Source: a virus
Taxonomy: Duplodnaviria; Caudoviricetes
DNA length: 38,908 nucleotides
Strand: one strand, 5' to 3'
Virus record (IMG/VR): IMGVR_UViG_3300020045_007321
Location: 1 to 38,908 of that record
Within the stretch, counting starts at the first letter, position 1. Every line of letters begins with the position of its first letter. The position numbers and the translations under genes were made by a program. Positions 7,850 through 17,280 of the stretch are shown here, in pieces. The notes under the pieces are model-generated. The model saw only the letters and a program-made list of their open reading frames with translations. It was not told where the DNA came from and did not search any database.

Positions 7850-8152
7850 ATGGCAAAAAATTTTGAAATAATAGATTTACCTAAACTAAATGATAACGTA
7901 ACTGTATATGTTGTTTTGGCTAGAAACAAAAGAAACACAGGAAGAGTATTTAATTTAGGTATGGTTAGTAAAATAATAAATAACAGGGTATTTTTTGATA
8001 AATCTATTGTTGTTTTAAAGAAAGAATATTACCCTCAATTATTTATAAATAATTCTTATGATGATACATTAACAGTATATCTGCATCCAGTTATTGCCGC
8101 TAAACAGGGTTCAGGCCATACTTATTTCGATAATGTAGATTTAATTAAATAA
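7850..8152 (+). CDS. Hypothetical protein (100 aa)
   Basis: First ORF after P6. Confidence 0.7.
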   Translation: MAKNFEIIDLPKLNDNVTVYVVLARNKRNTGRVFNLGMVSKIINNRVFFDKSIVVLKKEYYPQLFINNSYDDTLTVYLHPVIAAKQGSGHTYFDNVDLIK

Positions 8153-8188
8153 CTAAAATCAGGGTTGCGGCTGTAACGCTAAAATAAA

Positions 8189-8666
8189 ATGGATATAACA
8201 AAATACGCTATCTTAACCACAAATGAAGAGGAATCTTTTAAATGTGTAAATTCTCTTATAAGGCTTGGATTTAATAACCCTCTTCATCTTAGAGTAAATG
8301 CTTCTGCGAAACTATACTATTGTATAACTAAAACAAGGGGATATCTCTTGGACTATAGAAAAAGGCTCTAATAAAGTAGTTTCTATTGACGAATTTATTA
8401 AAATTATGGAGCAAGACCCAAATGATTTATTCCCTAGACGAATGAGAGTAGACACATTGTCCGGAACACGAAACTTAATTGTGCTTTGCAAAAATGGAGA
8501 TAATTATTTGTATGTGCCTTACGATAATGAGGCTAGATATAATTTTAATCAGCCTTTTATACTTGAAAGTACTACACAGGCCGAAGAAATAAAACCGGTA
8601 TTAGAAATCACTCAAAAAATGATTTCAGAAAAATTTAGAACTGAAGATTTTAAAGTAGTAGATTAA
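8189..8666 (+). pseudogene. Probably one gene split by a +1 frameshift near 8330-8340 (ORFs 8189..8371 and 8406..8666)
   Basis: The frame of the 8406 ORF is open upstream to ~8328 (KQGDISWTIEKGSNKVVSIDEFIKIMEQ). Removing one base in AAAACAAGGGG fuses the two ORFs. Confidence 0.5.
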
Positions 8667-8668
8667 AC

Positions 8669-8700
8669 AAAAAAGCCGTTACTTAATTGTAACGGCTTTT
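8669..8700. terminator. Bidirectional terminator between convergent units
   Basis: AAAAGCCGTTAC-TTAATT-GTAACGGCTTTT. Confidence 0.9.
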
Positions 8701-8707
8701 CTTATTT

Positions 8708-10042
8708 CTACCATACATTACTACTACGCGCATTTACAGGCGGTTTAAGGACAAAATAGCCTCGCATCATAATAGAGTCCCAGTCATCAGGAGAACGCCC
8801 AAGAGATAGCTTTATTTCCTCTTTAGAAACTACAGATAATTTAGTTACATCCTTATCTATGTTTTTCTGCTTTATCTGCTCCATTTCCGCGCCTGTCTTA
8901 TCTATTATATCTTGCGGTGTATTTATTTCTCCGGCTAGCCTATCTCGTATCAATTCAGCCATTTTAAATGTACACTGTGTTTTAAGGTTGTCGTAATTTG
9001 GTGTAACCATTTTACCGCCTTCTTTAACCGGTATAACTTTTGAGTTATTTACAAAGCCTTTGCATTTTAAATAATCGACTACACCGCCTCCTACACCGTC
9101 TTCATCTGCTACTGTATGACTAGCAGATATACCTTCATTACTCATTATCTTTCGGCCTTCTGTTACTACTTCTGGAACCGACGAAATATCCATAGCTATT
9201 CTTTTTACACACAGCAAACCATGCCAAATTCTGAATACAGTTTTATCTTTACCAAATCGAGCAACGTCAATAGTAAGATACTTATCTTTTGAATTATCTT
9301 CTACTGTAGTAGGGTTAAAATAATCGCTTATAGCGTCTATATCCATTAATATACTTGGGTCGTCGTCATATTCCCAGTTACCATAATAAAGCCTTTGTTT
9401 ATACTGTTCTCGCATAGATAATAAGGCTTCGATATATGAGGGTGGTAAATGAGGATTATCAACCGGTAACGCTTGTATAAATCGCCTCCTATAAATTAAG
9501 CTACCTTCTTTGTTTGGCTTATAAAAAAGATGATACACCCAGTTTTTGGCAGGGTTGCAGGAACCTAGTATTTTGGGTATTAAATTAAATTCTGTTAATT
9601 TATATCTAATACGGGATTTAACAACCTCCCATGCAATGTCAGTAATTTGATTACATTCATCTATAAAAGCCCCTGTTATCTCCAAAGAGCCTAAGCTATC
9701 AAAATTGGGGTCACTAGGGTATCTAAATAAATCTTTAAGTAATATTTGGCTTCCATTATGAAATCTAATTACATTATCCTGAGAGTTTAAAATAAACTGA
9801 TTTGTTATATTTAATTTTCCGGCCTCTTCAAAGAAAGTATTTAAAGTTGTTTCTTTTAAAGTTTTTAATTTACTACGTCCCATTAACCACCTCGAGCCGG
9901 GGTATTTTTGGCACATTTCAATTAACCATAAACAACCAAGTGCGCTTTTGCCTCCTCCGGCCGCACCTCCGTATAATATCTCCTGTGTTACCTTGTCTTT
10001 TAGGTAAAATACAGCATGTTTTTGTTTTGTTAAAAGTTCCAT
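8708..10042 (-). CDS. terL: Terminase large subunit
   Basis: Walker A YGGAAGGGKS, Walker B AFIDE, coupling motif SCNP, nuclease IDVARFGKD and SPDDWD. Confidence 0.95.
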   Translation of the reverse strand: MELLTKQKHAVFYLKDKVTQEILYGGAAGGGKSALGCLWLIEMCQKYPGSRWLMGRSKLKTLKETTLNTFFEEAGKLNITNQFILNSQDNVIRFHNGSQILLKDLFRYPSDPNFDSLGSLEITGAFIDECNQITDIAWEVVKSRIRYKLTEFNLIPKILGSCNPAKNWVYHLFYKPNKEGSLIYRRRFIQALPVDNPHLPPSYIEALLSMREQYKQRLYYGNWEYDDDPSILMDIDAISDYFNPTTVEDNSKDKYLTIDVARFGKDKTVFRIWHGLLCVKRIAMDISSVPEVVTEGRKIMSNEGISASHTVADEDGVGGGVVDYLKCKGFVNNSKVIPVKEGGKMVTPNYDNLKTQCTFKMAELIRDRLAGEINTPQDIIDKTGAEMEQIKQKNIDKDVTKLSVVSKEEIKLSLGRSPDDWDSIMMRGYFVLKPPVNARSSNVW

Positions 10043-10266
10043 TATTCAGGAATAAGGTCTAAACATTTATCAGCCAGATAGCCTATATCGAACATTTTTG
10101 ATTTCAATGTACTATAAGATATAGTAGTACCTAATTCTAGCCTGCATAGAGTTAAGTCGCTAAACTCTATAGACGAAGAAACATCTAATGTAGTGGTTAT
10201 ATTTTCTTTTTCTAAAAAGAAATCTGTTAACTGTGAAATTTCGTCGTTAGTTAAAAATTCATACAT
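10042..10266 (-). CDS. Hypothetical protein (74 aa)
   Basis: Coupled to terL (TAATG). Confidence 0.7.
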   Translation of the reverse strand: MYEFLTNDEISQLTDFFLEKENITTTLDVSSSIEFSDLTLCRLELGTTISYSTLKSKMFDIGYLADKCLDLIPE

Positions 10267-10270
10267 GATT

Positions 10271-10588
10271 TTAATTTATTTTATTGGTTATTATTGGCTC
10301 TAAATATTTAGAGCAGGCGTTTATATTTCTTTTATTTAAAAACTCTTCGGATATTTTGCATAAAGTAAAAAAATTAGTCTCTGTATCCTCACATAAAGCG
10401 GCCGTAAGAGTGTCATTCTCTAAAGCCTCTTCTGCTTCTTTCTCAAATTCAGAGCTAAAAGTCAATTCTAAGCTATTTAGAGGCTCTTTGCCGAATGATT
10501 GAACTACACAATATACTGTTTTATATACTGAAGGTTTTAATCCCTCTAAAAGCTCCCTATCATTTTCTAATGATTCGTCGTAATTCAT
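10271..10588 (-). CDS. Hypothetical protein (105 aa)
   Basis: First ORF after the -7 box at 10612..10619. Confidence 0.7.
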   Translation of the reverse strand: MNYDESLENDRELLEGLKPSVYKTVYCVVQSFGKEPLNSLELTFSSEFEKEAEEALENDTLTAALCEDTETNFFTLCKISEEFLNKRNINACSKYLEPIITNKIN

Positions 10589-10611
10589 ATTTTTATTTTT
10601 AAATTATAAAG

Positions 10612-10619
10612 CAAATATA
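10612..10619 (-). promoter_or_regulatory. -7 box (TATATTTG) of the unit containing terL
   Basis: 10602..10620 is the 19-bp reverse complement of 4777..4795 (downstream half of P4); there is no TTGTGTA box. Confidence 0.65.
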
Positions 10620-10656
10620 AAAAAAATACCCCTAATATTAAAATATTAAGGGTATT
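10619..10656 (-). terminator. Intrinsic terminator
   Basis: AATACCC(C)TAATATT..AATATTA(A)GGGTATT stem with an A-run on the + strand. Confidence 0.75.
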
Positions 10657-10659
10657 AAT

Positions 10660-11172
10660 TTAAAAGGGTATTTCTTTTAAATGTATTTTGTATCTATTTA
10701 TTCCTGTTACATGTTGTAATTCGATTTTTAGCCAATCCAGAGGAGGTACATGTATGATGTTATATTTATTTACTTTATATACAAAAGTGTATAATAAATC
10801 TGTATTTTGATTATACACTTTAATAACCATATCGTCCTCAATATTGTAATGAGTGCTATATTCTAGATATAAATCGAATTGGTTTATATTCTCCGGCTTC
10901 TTTCCTTCATAGCCTCCTAAAACCTGAAGTGCTTTTATAGATAGGCTAGCCTGCTGTAATAACCTATTTTTCATTTCTATTTTCCATGATGGATTATTTC
11001 TATCTACCTGTTTTATTTTATCAACTCTTTTTTCAAAGGCTGAAATTAACACCTCTATGCTTTTTTCAAAATCACAGTTGGTTATATTTTTATCAGCAAA
11101 CAAAAAGTCTTGTACTTTTTCTGCTCCTAAAAGAGCCTCTTTAATTGATTCGTTATAAGATTCTAAACACAT
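10660..11172 (-). CDS. Hypothetical protein (170 aa)
   Basis: ORF track. Confidence 0.7.
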   Translation of the reverse strand: MCLESYNESIKEALLGAEKVQDFLFADKNITNCDFEKSIEVLISAFEKRVDKIKQVDRNNPSWKIEMKNRLLQQASLSIKALQVLGGYEGKKPENINQFDLYLEYSTHYNIEDDMVIKVYNQNTDLLYTFVYKVNKYNIIHVPPLDWLKIELQHVTGINRYKIHLKEIPF

Positions 11173-11179
11173 GATTAAT

Positions 11180-11416
11180 TTATTTTTTAGTTAATATTTG
11201 TAATTTTAATGGTAAGTTGTTTTTTAAGATGCATGTATCTCTAGCTATGATAGCTTTCTTTTCTGTATCATAATATCCACACAAATAACTAAAACCTTTA
11301 TATTTTAAATTAGCCACCCATAGGCCGCAACCTTTACTAAAAGATATTCCTTTATATCCTGAGTACAATCTATGGCCTCTAGGCCGTCCTTTAAAAGCTG
11401 AATTATCTATACTCAT
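11180..11416 (-). CDS. AP2-domain DNA-binding protein
   Basis: SGYKGIS.....WVA.L........GYYDTE..A..A.D pattern of AP2 domains. Confidence 0.75.
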   Translation of the reverse strand: MSIDNSAFKGRPRGHRLYSGYKGISFSKGCGLWVANLKYKGFSYLCGYYDTEKKAIIARDTCILKNNLPLKLQILTKK

Positions 11417-11601
11417 TATTTTATATATTTAACTTTCCAGAATCCTACAGCACTAGCTAAACAGTCCATTTTTAATAAATCTTTTGCGCATCTTAAATTC
11501 CACACTTGATTAAGTCCTTCAAAGTTGTAAACTATAATAACAACATCTTTTGATTTATAGCTTACAAATCCATCATTCTGTATGTCAAAATTTGGTTCCA
11601 T
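11416..11601 (-). CDS. Hypothetical protein (61 aa)
   Basis: ORF track; coupled to the downstream gene. Confidence 0.65.
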   Translation of the reverse strand: MEPNFDIQNDGFVSYKSKDVVIIVYNFEGLNQVWNLRCAKDLLKMDCLASAVGFWKVKYIK

Positions 11602-11612
11602 ATTATTTTTTA

Positions 11613-11635
11613 TTTAGCCCTCCATTAAAGAGGGC
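11613..11635 (-). repeat. Hairpin, inverted copy of 1405..1428
   Basis: Minus strand reads GCCCTCTTTAATGGAGGGCTAAA. Confidence 0.9.
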
Positions 11636-11641
11636 GGTTGA

Positions 11642-11899
11642 TTAAAATTTGTATTGTCTATTGTTTATAAAAACAATCCTGTGCGCACTCCAGTGACTTC
11701 TCGGAGCGTTTTCCCTACCCATTAAAGCAACACATACTTGTATATCTATTCCTTCGTAAAGGAAATTACTAATCGTTTGTCTTTCTTTTAGTTCTTCGGA
11801 TGTATAACCTACATTACCGTATTCCAATTTTGTAACATTTTCAAATGAAAGTTTAAGCCTTTCAATTACTTTATGCTCTTCTTGTTCTATATTTGACAT
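11642..11899 (-). CDS. Hypothetical protein (85 aa), first gene of cassette P8
   Basis: First ORF after the promoter at 11938..11967. Confidence 0.7.
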   Translation of the reverse strand: MSNIEQEEHKVIERLKLSFENVTKLEYGNVGYTSEELKERQTISNFLYEGIDIQVCVALMGRENAPRSHWSAHRIVFINNRQYKF

Positions 11900-11937
11900 G
11901 ATATTGATATTTTTTAAATGTTGTTGTTATCTGAGTA

Positions 11938-11967
11938 CAAATATACAACTATATTTTAAATACACAA
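11938..11967 (-). promoter_or_regulatory. Repeated phage promoter P8
   Basis: Minus-strand TTGTGTA-N15-TATATTTG. Confidence 0.8.
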
Positions 11968-11987
11968 CTAAAATAAATAAAATTTAC

Positions 11988-12020
11988 AAAAAAAATACCC
12001 TGCCATATTTTGACAGGGTA
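11988..12020 (-). terminator. Terminator of the tail operon
   Basis: TACCCTG(C)CA..TG(A)CAGGGTA stem with an A-run on the + strand. Confidence 0.75.
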
Positions 12021-12024
12021 AATA

Positions 12025-12315
12025 TTACTTATTCCATTTATCACAAGTAGACAATGATTGTCTAATTTTGTAGGATATAGTGCAACCGCACCCATCACAA
12101 AACATGTTAGAGGCTTCAGGCGTTAGAGTATCTTTTACTCTAAACAAAGGTATTGGCTCTAACTTAAATAAAGGGCATGTAAGACATTTATTTAATCTTT
12201 CCTTAGCTAAACACTCTATATCATATTTAGGGTCTGTAAAGTTGTTAATTCCTTCTTTAATTGGGTCTAGTCCATCCTTAAGTATGGACTTTATTTTCTT
12301 TTTAAAACTTTGCAT
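12025..12315 (-). CDS. Cys-rich (CxxC...CxxCGC...C) conserved phage protein
   Basis: ERLNKCLTCP...CDGCGCTISYKIR....C.KW. Confidence 0.7.
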   Translation of the reverse strand: MQSFKKKIKSILKDGLDPIKEGINNFTDPKYDIECLAKERLNKCLTCPLFKLEPIPLFRVKDTLTPEASNMFCDGCGCTISYKIRQSLSTCDKWNK

Positions 12316-15300
12316 TTTTAGCTATTTGTCTGTTAGTACTTAAATCGGTCAAACCTCTTTTGCTTCCTGCTCTAGTTCCTGCCTCGGAAGCAAGATAAAC
12401 AGCCGATGCTAAAGCCTCTACCATATTTGCGCTTATTGAGTCTTGAAGTATAGAATTTTGTATTACGCTATTACCGTCTACTCCTACTCCGCCTCCTAGC
12501 ATATTTAATGCGCTTAAAGTGTTTGGAAACATAGAGGTAGCTTGTGCTGTTATTACGCTTTCTCCTGCTGATAAATTAGCCCTTATATCATCGCTAGTTC
12601 CTGTGCCTGAACCTTGAATACCTATAACTCCTGTTGCATAGCTTGGAGTTGCTTGGCTAGACCCCGAATCAGGCGTTTTAACGGCTAATATTTTCTTAAC
12701 GTTAGCAAATCCTAATGCTATAGATGATGCAGCCGCTACTGCTCCTGCTGCTATACCTACAGGCCCCGGTATTGCTTCTACCATTCCTTTATAAGCTGCT
12801 GTAGCTGATTGGTAAGTATCTATTGTTGTTTGGGCTATTGCTGCTGCTTTACCTATTTTTGATTGTTCCCCAAATATACCGGCTATTTGTCCAAAAGCAT
12901 TAGTAACAAGTCCTATTTTAGCATCTTGTACGGTTTTCTCTATTAACTCTCTATTTTTGGCCTCTGTCTTTAAAAAAGTAGTTTCAGAAATTCCGGCTTT
13001 TTTAGCAGCCGCTAATCTGGCTGCGTATCCTGCATCATACTGCCTCAATTGTTCGTCTAGGTCATATTGTAAGCTAGCTTGATTTAACTGGTTTTCGGCC
13101 TCCTGATTAGCTAAAGCGGAGGCTTTTTCTGCGTCCTCTCTTTCTTTTTTTACTGCATCTCTACTAGCTTTTGCGGCATCCTCTAGTTTAGCTGATTCTA
13201 GTTGATATTCTTGTTGACTTAATAAATTAGCGTCGAATCTATCTTTTAATGCTTTCTTTTCAGCCTCGTTAACTCTGGACAATCTATCTACCTCTTGTTG
13301 ATATAATTCATCGCTGAAAAATCCATTTTCGTCAACTAATCTTTGGTTATTTAATTTAAATAATTCTAGTTCATTATCTAAATTATCTATAGTAGCCTGT
13401 GTAGCTGTAGCGGTATATTTGTTTTGTATTTCCGCTTTTTTTAACTCATATTCTTTTTGGCTTATTAATTTATTGTCTAACTGTTTTTTAGCGATAGCAA
13501 GCTCTTGGTCGGAAACGTCTTTAGCGACTTTTAAAGTAGACTCTAAAGATTTTTTCATACCTTGGGAATTAGCAACATAAAGAGCTAATTCAGTTTCCAT
13601 ATTTTTTATACTAGCATCTAAGTTTTTTTTACTTGCGGCTGTTGCTGCTGTTGCATCTGCTTTTTGTTTATCTGTAGCCTCTTTTCTTAAACTATTTAGA
13701 TTTGCTAATTGCTCAGACTCTTGTCCTGTAACGCGCTCTTCTATATCTGAGATATTTGTAATGGCTTCGGCTCTTTGGTCTAAAGCCTCGGTAGTTTTGC
13801 CTTCGCTTTTTATTCTTAAATCAGCAACTTCTAATTGTTTATTAGCTATAGCTAGCTCACTATTTAATTGCTTTTTTAAAACTCCTCCTAGCTTTTCATT
13901 TAAGGCTATTCTTTCAGGAATAGATTTTGTTTCATCATCTCGTAATTGGCGTATTTTTTCAGCTTCTTTTTGGTAATCTAATTGAACCTTTTTAGCGTTT
14001 CTCATAGCTACAGTTAGCTCTCCCTCTGCTTTAGATAAAGCCGCTGCTGAGTTAGCAGAATCAGCTACAGTACCTACAAAACTATCTAAACTATCTGCTG
14101 CATCATCTAGACCAATAAATCTAAGGCTAGAGCTAACAGCATCAGTAAGCTTACCTATTGCCGCTATTGCTAAATCAAAATATTTAACAAAAGCATTTCC
14201 TATGAACTCTCCTAGCGGTTTTAATACTTTAAAAAACGAGCTAAAAAAACCGGATAGAGTAGCTGTTACTTTGGCTAGCTTTTGACTACCCTCTTCAGTA
14301 CTATTCATCGAGGCGGTAACAAACTTAAAAGCTCCTACACATAAAGCAACTACTGCGGCTATTACAGCTAAAGCCGCACCTAATGGAGTAGCTATAAATG
14401 CTATAGCGGCCTCAGTAGCTCCTATCAAACCTGTGCGTATAGCGGCAAAAGTTCCTTGTAATAAAGGTGCTGCTCCTCCTGCCTCTTTAGCTCTTTCTAT
14501 AAATCCAGATAAGCCGCCACTTAATAAGTCTGTAGCACTAGCCGCCTCTTCTGTTTCTCCTCTAGCTGCTGCTAAATCGCTAGTATATACATTTATTTGG
14601 GTTATATTGTTGTTTATCTGTTGATTCAATATTTTCCATTCGTCAGAATCTTGGCCTAAAGTATCTCGTTGTACAATTAATTCTGTATTTAATTCCTCTA
14701 AAGCCTTTTTATTTGCCTCTATCTCGTTGTAAGCGGCTACTATACTTTTAGTGTAGTCTCCAATATTCATTTTTACATTTTCATAGGCTGAAGCATTTTC
14801 TTTTATAAATGCAATGTTTGCATCATATTGGCTATTTAATTGCTTTATTAACGCGGCCTCCTCTTCAATTAAGGGGCTTAATTGATTTCTTAGCGTTAAA
14901 ATTTGGCTATTTGCATTTCTAGCCTTTTCTATTGTAGATGTTTCAGCCTCTAAAGCGGCTGTAGCTCTTTCTGTTGCTGTTAAAATTTGACCTTCTGAGC
15001 TTATTCTGGCAGCATAAGCTTTAGCTGTTTGAGCGTATTCTCTATTTAAAGATGTAGACTGTATGGTTAAATCTTTTTGACCTTGAAATACACCTAATTG
15101 CGCTGTTTTTAATTGGTCTAGTTTAACTTTATTATCTTGAAAGGCGGCACTTTCTTTTTGCCCTGTAGCTATCAATTGCGTTTGCGCTGCAATTAATTCT
15201 TTTTGCTGCTTAGCCAATTCTGCTGACTGGGCGGCATATTGTTGCTGCTGTGTTTTGGTTGCAAAAAGCGCTTTTTGCAACCGTTCTAAACTCTCCTCTA

Positions 15301-15352
15301 GTTTCGTTGTGTCAAATTCATACGTAGCTAGATTTATAATTTCTTCATCCAT
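12302..15352 (-). CDS. Tail tape measure protein
   Basis: 1016 aa, Ala/Glu/Lys-rich helical protein with hydrophobic segments; C-terminal YATGVIG..GTGTSDDIRANLSAGESV motif. Confidence 0.88.
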   Translation of the reverse strand: MDEEIINLATYEFDTTKLEESLERLQKALFATKTQQQQYAAQSAELAKQQKELIAAQTQLIATGQKESAAFQDNKVKLDQLKTAQLGVFQGQKDLTIQSTSLNREYAQTAKAYAARISSEGQILTATERATAALEAETSTIEKARNANSQILTLRNQLSPLIEEEAALIKQLNSQYDANIAFIKENASAYENVKMNIGDYTKSIVAAYNEIEANKKALEELNTELIVQRDTLGQDSDEWKILNQQINNNITQINVYTSDLAAARGETEEAASATDLLSGGLSGFIERAKEAGGAAPLLQGTFAAIRTGLIGATEAAIAFIATPLGAALAVIAAVVALCVGAFKFVTASMNSTEEGSQKLAKVTATLSGFFSSFFKVLKPLGEFIGNAFVKYFDLAIAAIGKLTDAVSSSLRFIGLDDAADSLDSFVGTVADSANSAAALSKAEGELTVAMRNAKKVQLDYQKEAEKIRQLRDDETKSIPERIALNEKLGGVLKKQLNSELAIANKQLEVADLRIKSEGKTTEALDQRAEAITNISDIEERVTGQESEQLANLNSLRKEATDKQKADATAATAASKKNLDASIKNMETELALYVANSQGMKKSLESTLKVAKDVSDQELAIAKKQLDNKLISQKEYELKKAEIQNKYTATATQATIDNLDNELELFKLNNQRLVDENGFFSDELYQQEVDRLSRVNEAEKKALKDRFDANLLSQQEYQLESAKLEDAAKASRDAVKKEREDAEKASALANQEAENQLNQASLQYDLDEQLRQYDAGYAARLAAAKKAGISETTFLKTEAKNRELIEKTVQDAKIGLVTNAFGQIAGIFGEQSKIGKAAAIAQTTIDTYQSATAAYKGMVEAIPGPVGIAAGAVAAASSIALGFANVKKILAVKTPDSGSSQATPSYATGVIGIQGSGTGTSDDIRANLSAGESVITAQATSMFPNTLSALNMLGGGVGVDGNSVIQNSILQDSISANMVEALASAVYLASEAGTRAGSKRGLTDLSTNRQIAKNAKF

Positions 15353-15357
15353 ACTAT

Positions 15358-17280
15358 TTAATTAGTCGTTAGGTTATTTATTCTTAAAAATTCGCCTGTA
15401 GAAATATCTCCACTTTGATAGGTTAATTTGTTTAAAACATAATATTGCGCCTCCTGTTTAAAATAGTAAGGCACTAGCATATTTAAATTTAACACATCAG
15501 AAAGAGCCAATTTAAGGCTTATATTATGAGCCTTAAAGTTAGTCAAAATAAATTGATAATCAACATAGTTTTTATATATTAATTCATCAAACAACGTCTC
15601 ATTGTTAACCGCATAAGGTAGGTTTATAGGAACTGTTCTGGTTTGATTTAAAGCCTCGCTTACAAAATTCCAAGTTCTAGCTCCGTATCTTTTGAACCTT
15701 AAAAAGTAAAACCTAGAGGACAATGTTTTATAATCTATCTCTATCGTACCAGTATCGTCGTTTTGCTTACTTTCTCTATCCCAAAGCCTATATTTATTTG
15801 TAGTAAATCCAGAAGTAGCCCCTATAGGTTTAAATTCATAATTAAACAATTCAGGAGCATAAATTTTTGATTCTACTATATTTTGCTCGTCGTCTATGTT
15901 TTCATTATTAACATATAAGGCTCCATTACCATAAGTATCTCCTTCTGAGTTATGCATTAAGGTAAAATTGTTTTTCTGAGTATATCCATCTAGTAGATAA
16001 GTTTCTAAAGTTCTGTCAACATACTTACTAGTCCAGTCGATTGCATTAGAAAAATCTAGTCTTGAATCAAGAGTTACAAAAGAAATATGATTATTTAACG
16101 GATTAATTACAGGAGTTAAACCAGTCCTCCATAGTATTTCTTTAAAAAAATCTTTAATTTTAAAATCCTTGAAAGCATCGGTTACGCTAACGTTTCCTAA
16201 AGTCAACCTATAAAGCTTTACAACGGTGCTGTTGTGCCTTATCTCTCTTATACCCGTATCATTACGTATGGATAAAAAGTACTCTATTATATCGCCTTCA
16301 TTTGCGTTAAATTGTATCTCTAAATCGGTTGTAGTTTCGCTGCCTTCAGTAGCTACAGAGCCTATTATAGAGCCGTTTTTATACACCGAAACTAATACAT
16401 TTCTTATCTCTCCTAGCGTCCACTTAGAATATGCCATAGTATTTACAACTATTGAATAAGTACCTTGTTGTTGTATTTGCATTAGCCAGTTGTTTTGCAA
16501 GGCAACAAAATCAGTATCTATAGTATTTGAACTCCAAAAAGTTTGGCTAGGTATATAGGCTCTTTTATACTTAACCCCAAACGAACTTGAATTAAAATTA
16601 CCTTTATTCAGTGTAGCTATCAAAACAGCTACAGAGCCAGAAGCAGGCGGCAAAGGATACGTTATATACAAGTCATTTATAAAATTAATTTCCGAGGGTG
16701 TGTAAGTATATCCGTAAGTTTGGAATATTATATCAAAAATACGACCTACTCTAAAACAAGGTATTAAATAATCGATGTTAATGCCGGATATAGAACCAAC
16801 AAGGCCTATATTTTTACCGTTATAATCAGCAACGATATACTTCATGTTAAGCGAGTCGAAAGCCATGCTATCAATTACAGTATCTAGATTTTTCTCATGG
16901 TTAAATTCCGTTAAATCCAAGTCAGTTCCTAAAGTAGCATTATCTATGGCTTTAAAAAAATCAATCATACCATCTATTATACTAACTTGGTAAGCACCTG
17001 AAGTCTCTTTTACATTTAACCATCCTTTAACTATAACATCAAATCCTTCATTTTTAAGGTTAGCAGGCACTCTCCTATAAGGTATAGTACTATTGTCGCC
17101 TGAAATTCCTAATTGTTCAAATATTTGAGTATTTTCAGGCGTTTTAGGCACCGAAAAAGAATCAGTATAGGACGAAGATACAGAGGCTATATCAAATATA
17201 TCGGATATTTGTATATTATACTGTATCTTTTCATTCAAAGATAATTGTAATCTTTTTCCTTCTATGTTTAGCTCTACCAT
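15358..17280 (-). CDS. Minor tail (tip/hub) protein, 640 aa
   Basis: ISDIFDI...SSYTDSFSVPKTPEN N-terminus typical of Bacteroidota siphovirus tail proteins; adjacent to the tape measure gene. Confidence 0.7.
   Translation of the reverse strand: MVELNIEGKRLQLSLNEKIQYNIQISDIFDIASVSSSYTDSFSVPKTPENTQIFEQLGISGDNSTIPYRRVPANLKNEGFDVIVKGWLNVKETSGAYQVSIIDGMIDFFKAIDNATLGTDLDLTEFNHEKNLDTVIDSMAFDSLNMKYIVADYNGKNIGLVGSISGINIDYLIPCFRVGRIFDIIFQTYGYTYTPSEINFINDLYITYPLPPASGSVAVLIATLNKGNFNSSSFGVKYKRAYIPSQTFWSSNTIDTDFVALQNNWLMQIQQQGTYSIVVNTMAYSKWTLGEIRNVLVSVYKNGSIIGSVATEGSETTTDLEIQFNANEGDIIEYFLSIRNDTGIREIRHNSTVVKLYRLTLGNVSVTDAFKDFKIKDFFKEILWRTGLTPVINPLNNHISFVTLDSRLDFSNAIDWTSKYVDRTLETYLLDGYTQKNNFTLMHNSEGDTYGNGALYVNNENIDDEQNIVESKIYAPELFNYEFKPIGATSGFTTNKYRLWDRESKQNDDTGTIEIDYKTLSSRFYFLRFKRYGARTWNFVSEALNQTRTVPINLPYAVNNETLFDELIYKNYVDYQFILTNFKAHNISLKLALSDVLNLNMLVPYYFKQEAQYYVLNKLTYQSGDISTGEFLRINNLTTN

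Noticed and set aside
8158-8180. GC-rich intergenic motif ATCAGGGTTGCGGCTGTAACGC
   Set aside because: Single copy with only a weak stem and no function assignable from sequence alone. A BLASTN would be needed.
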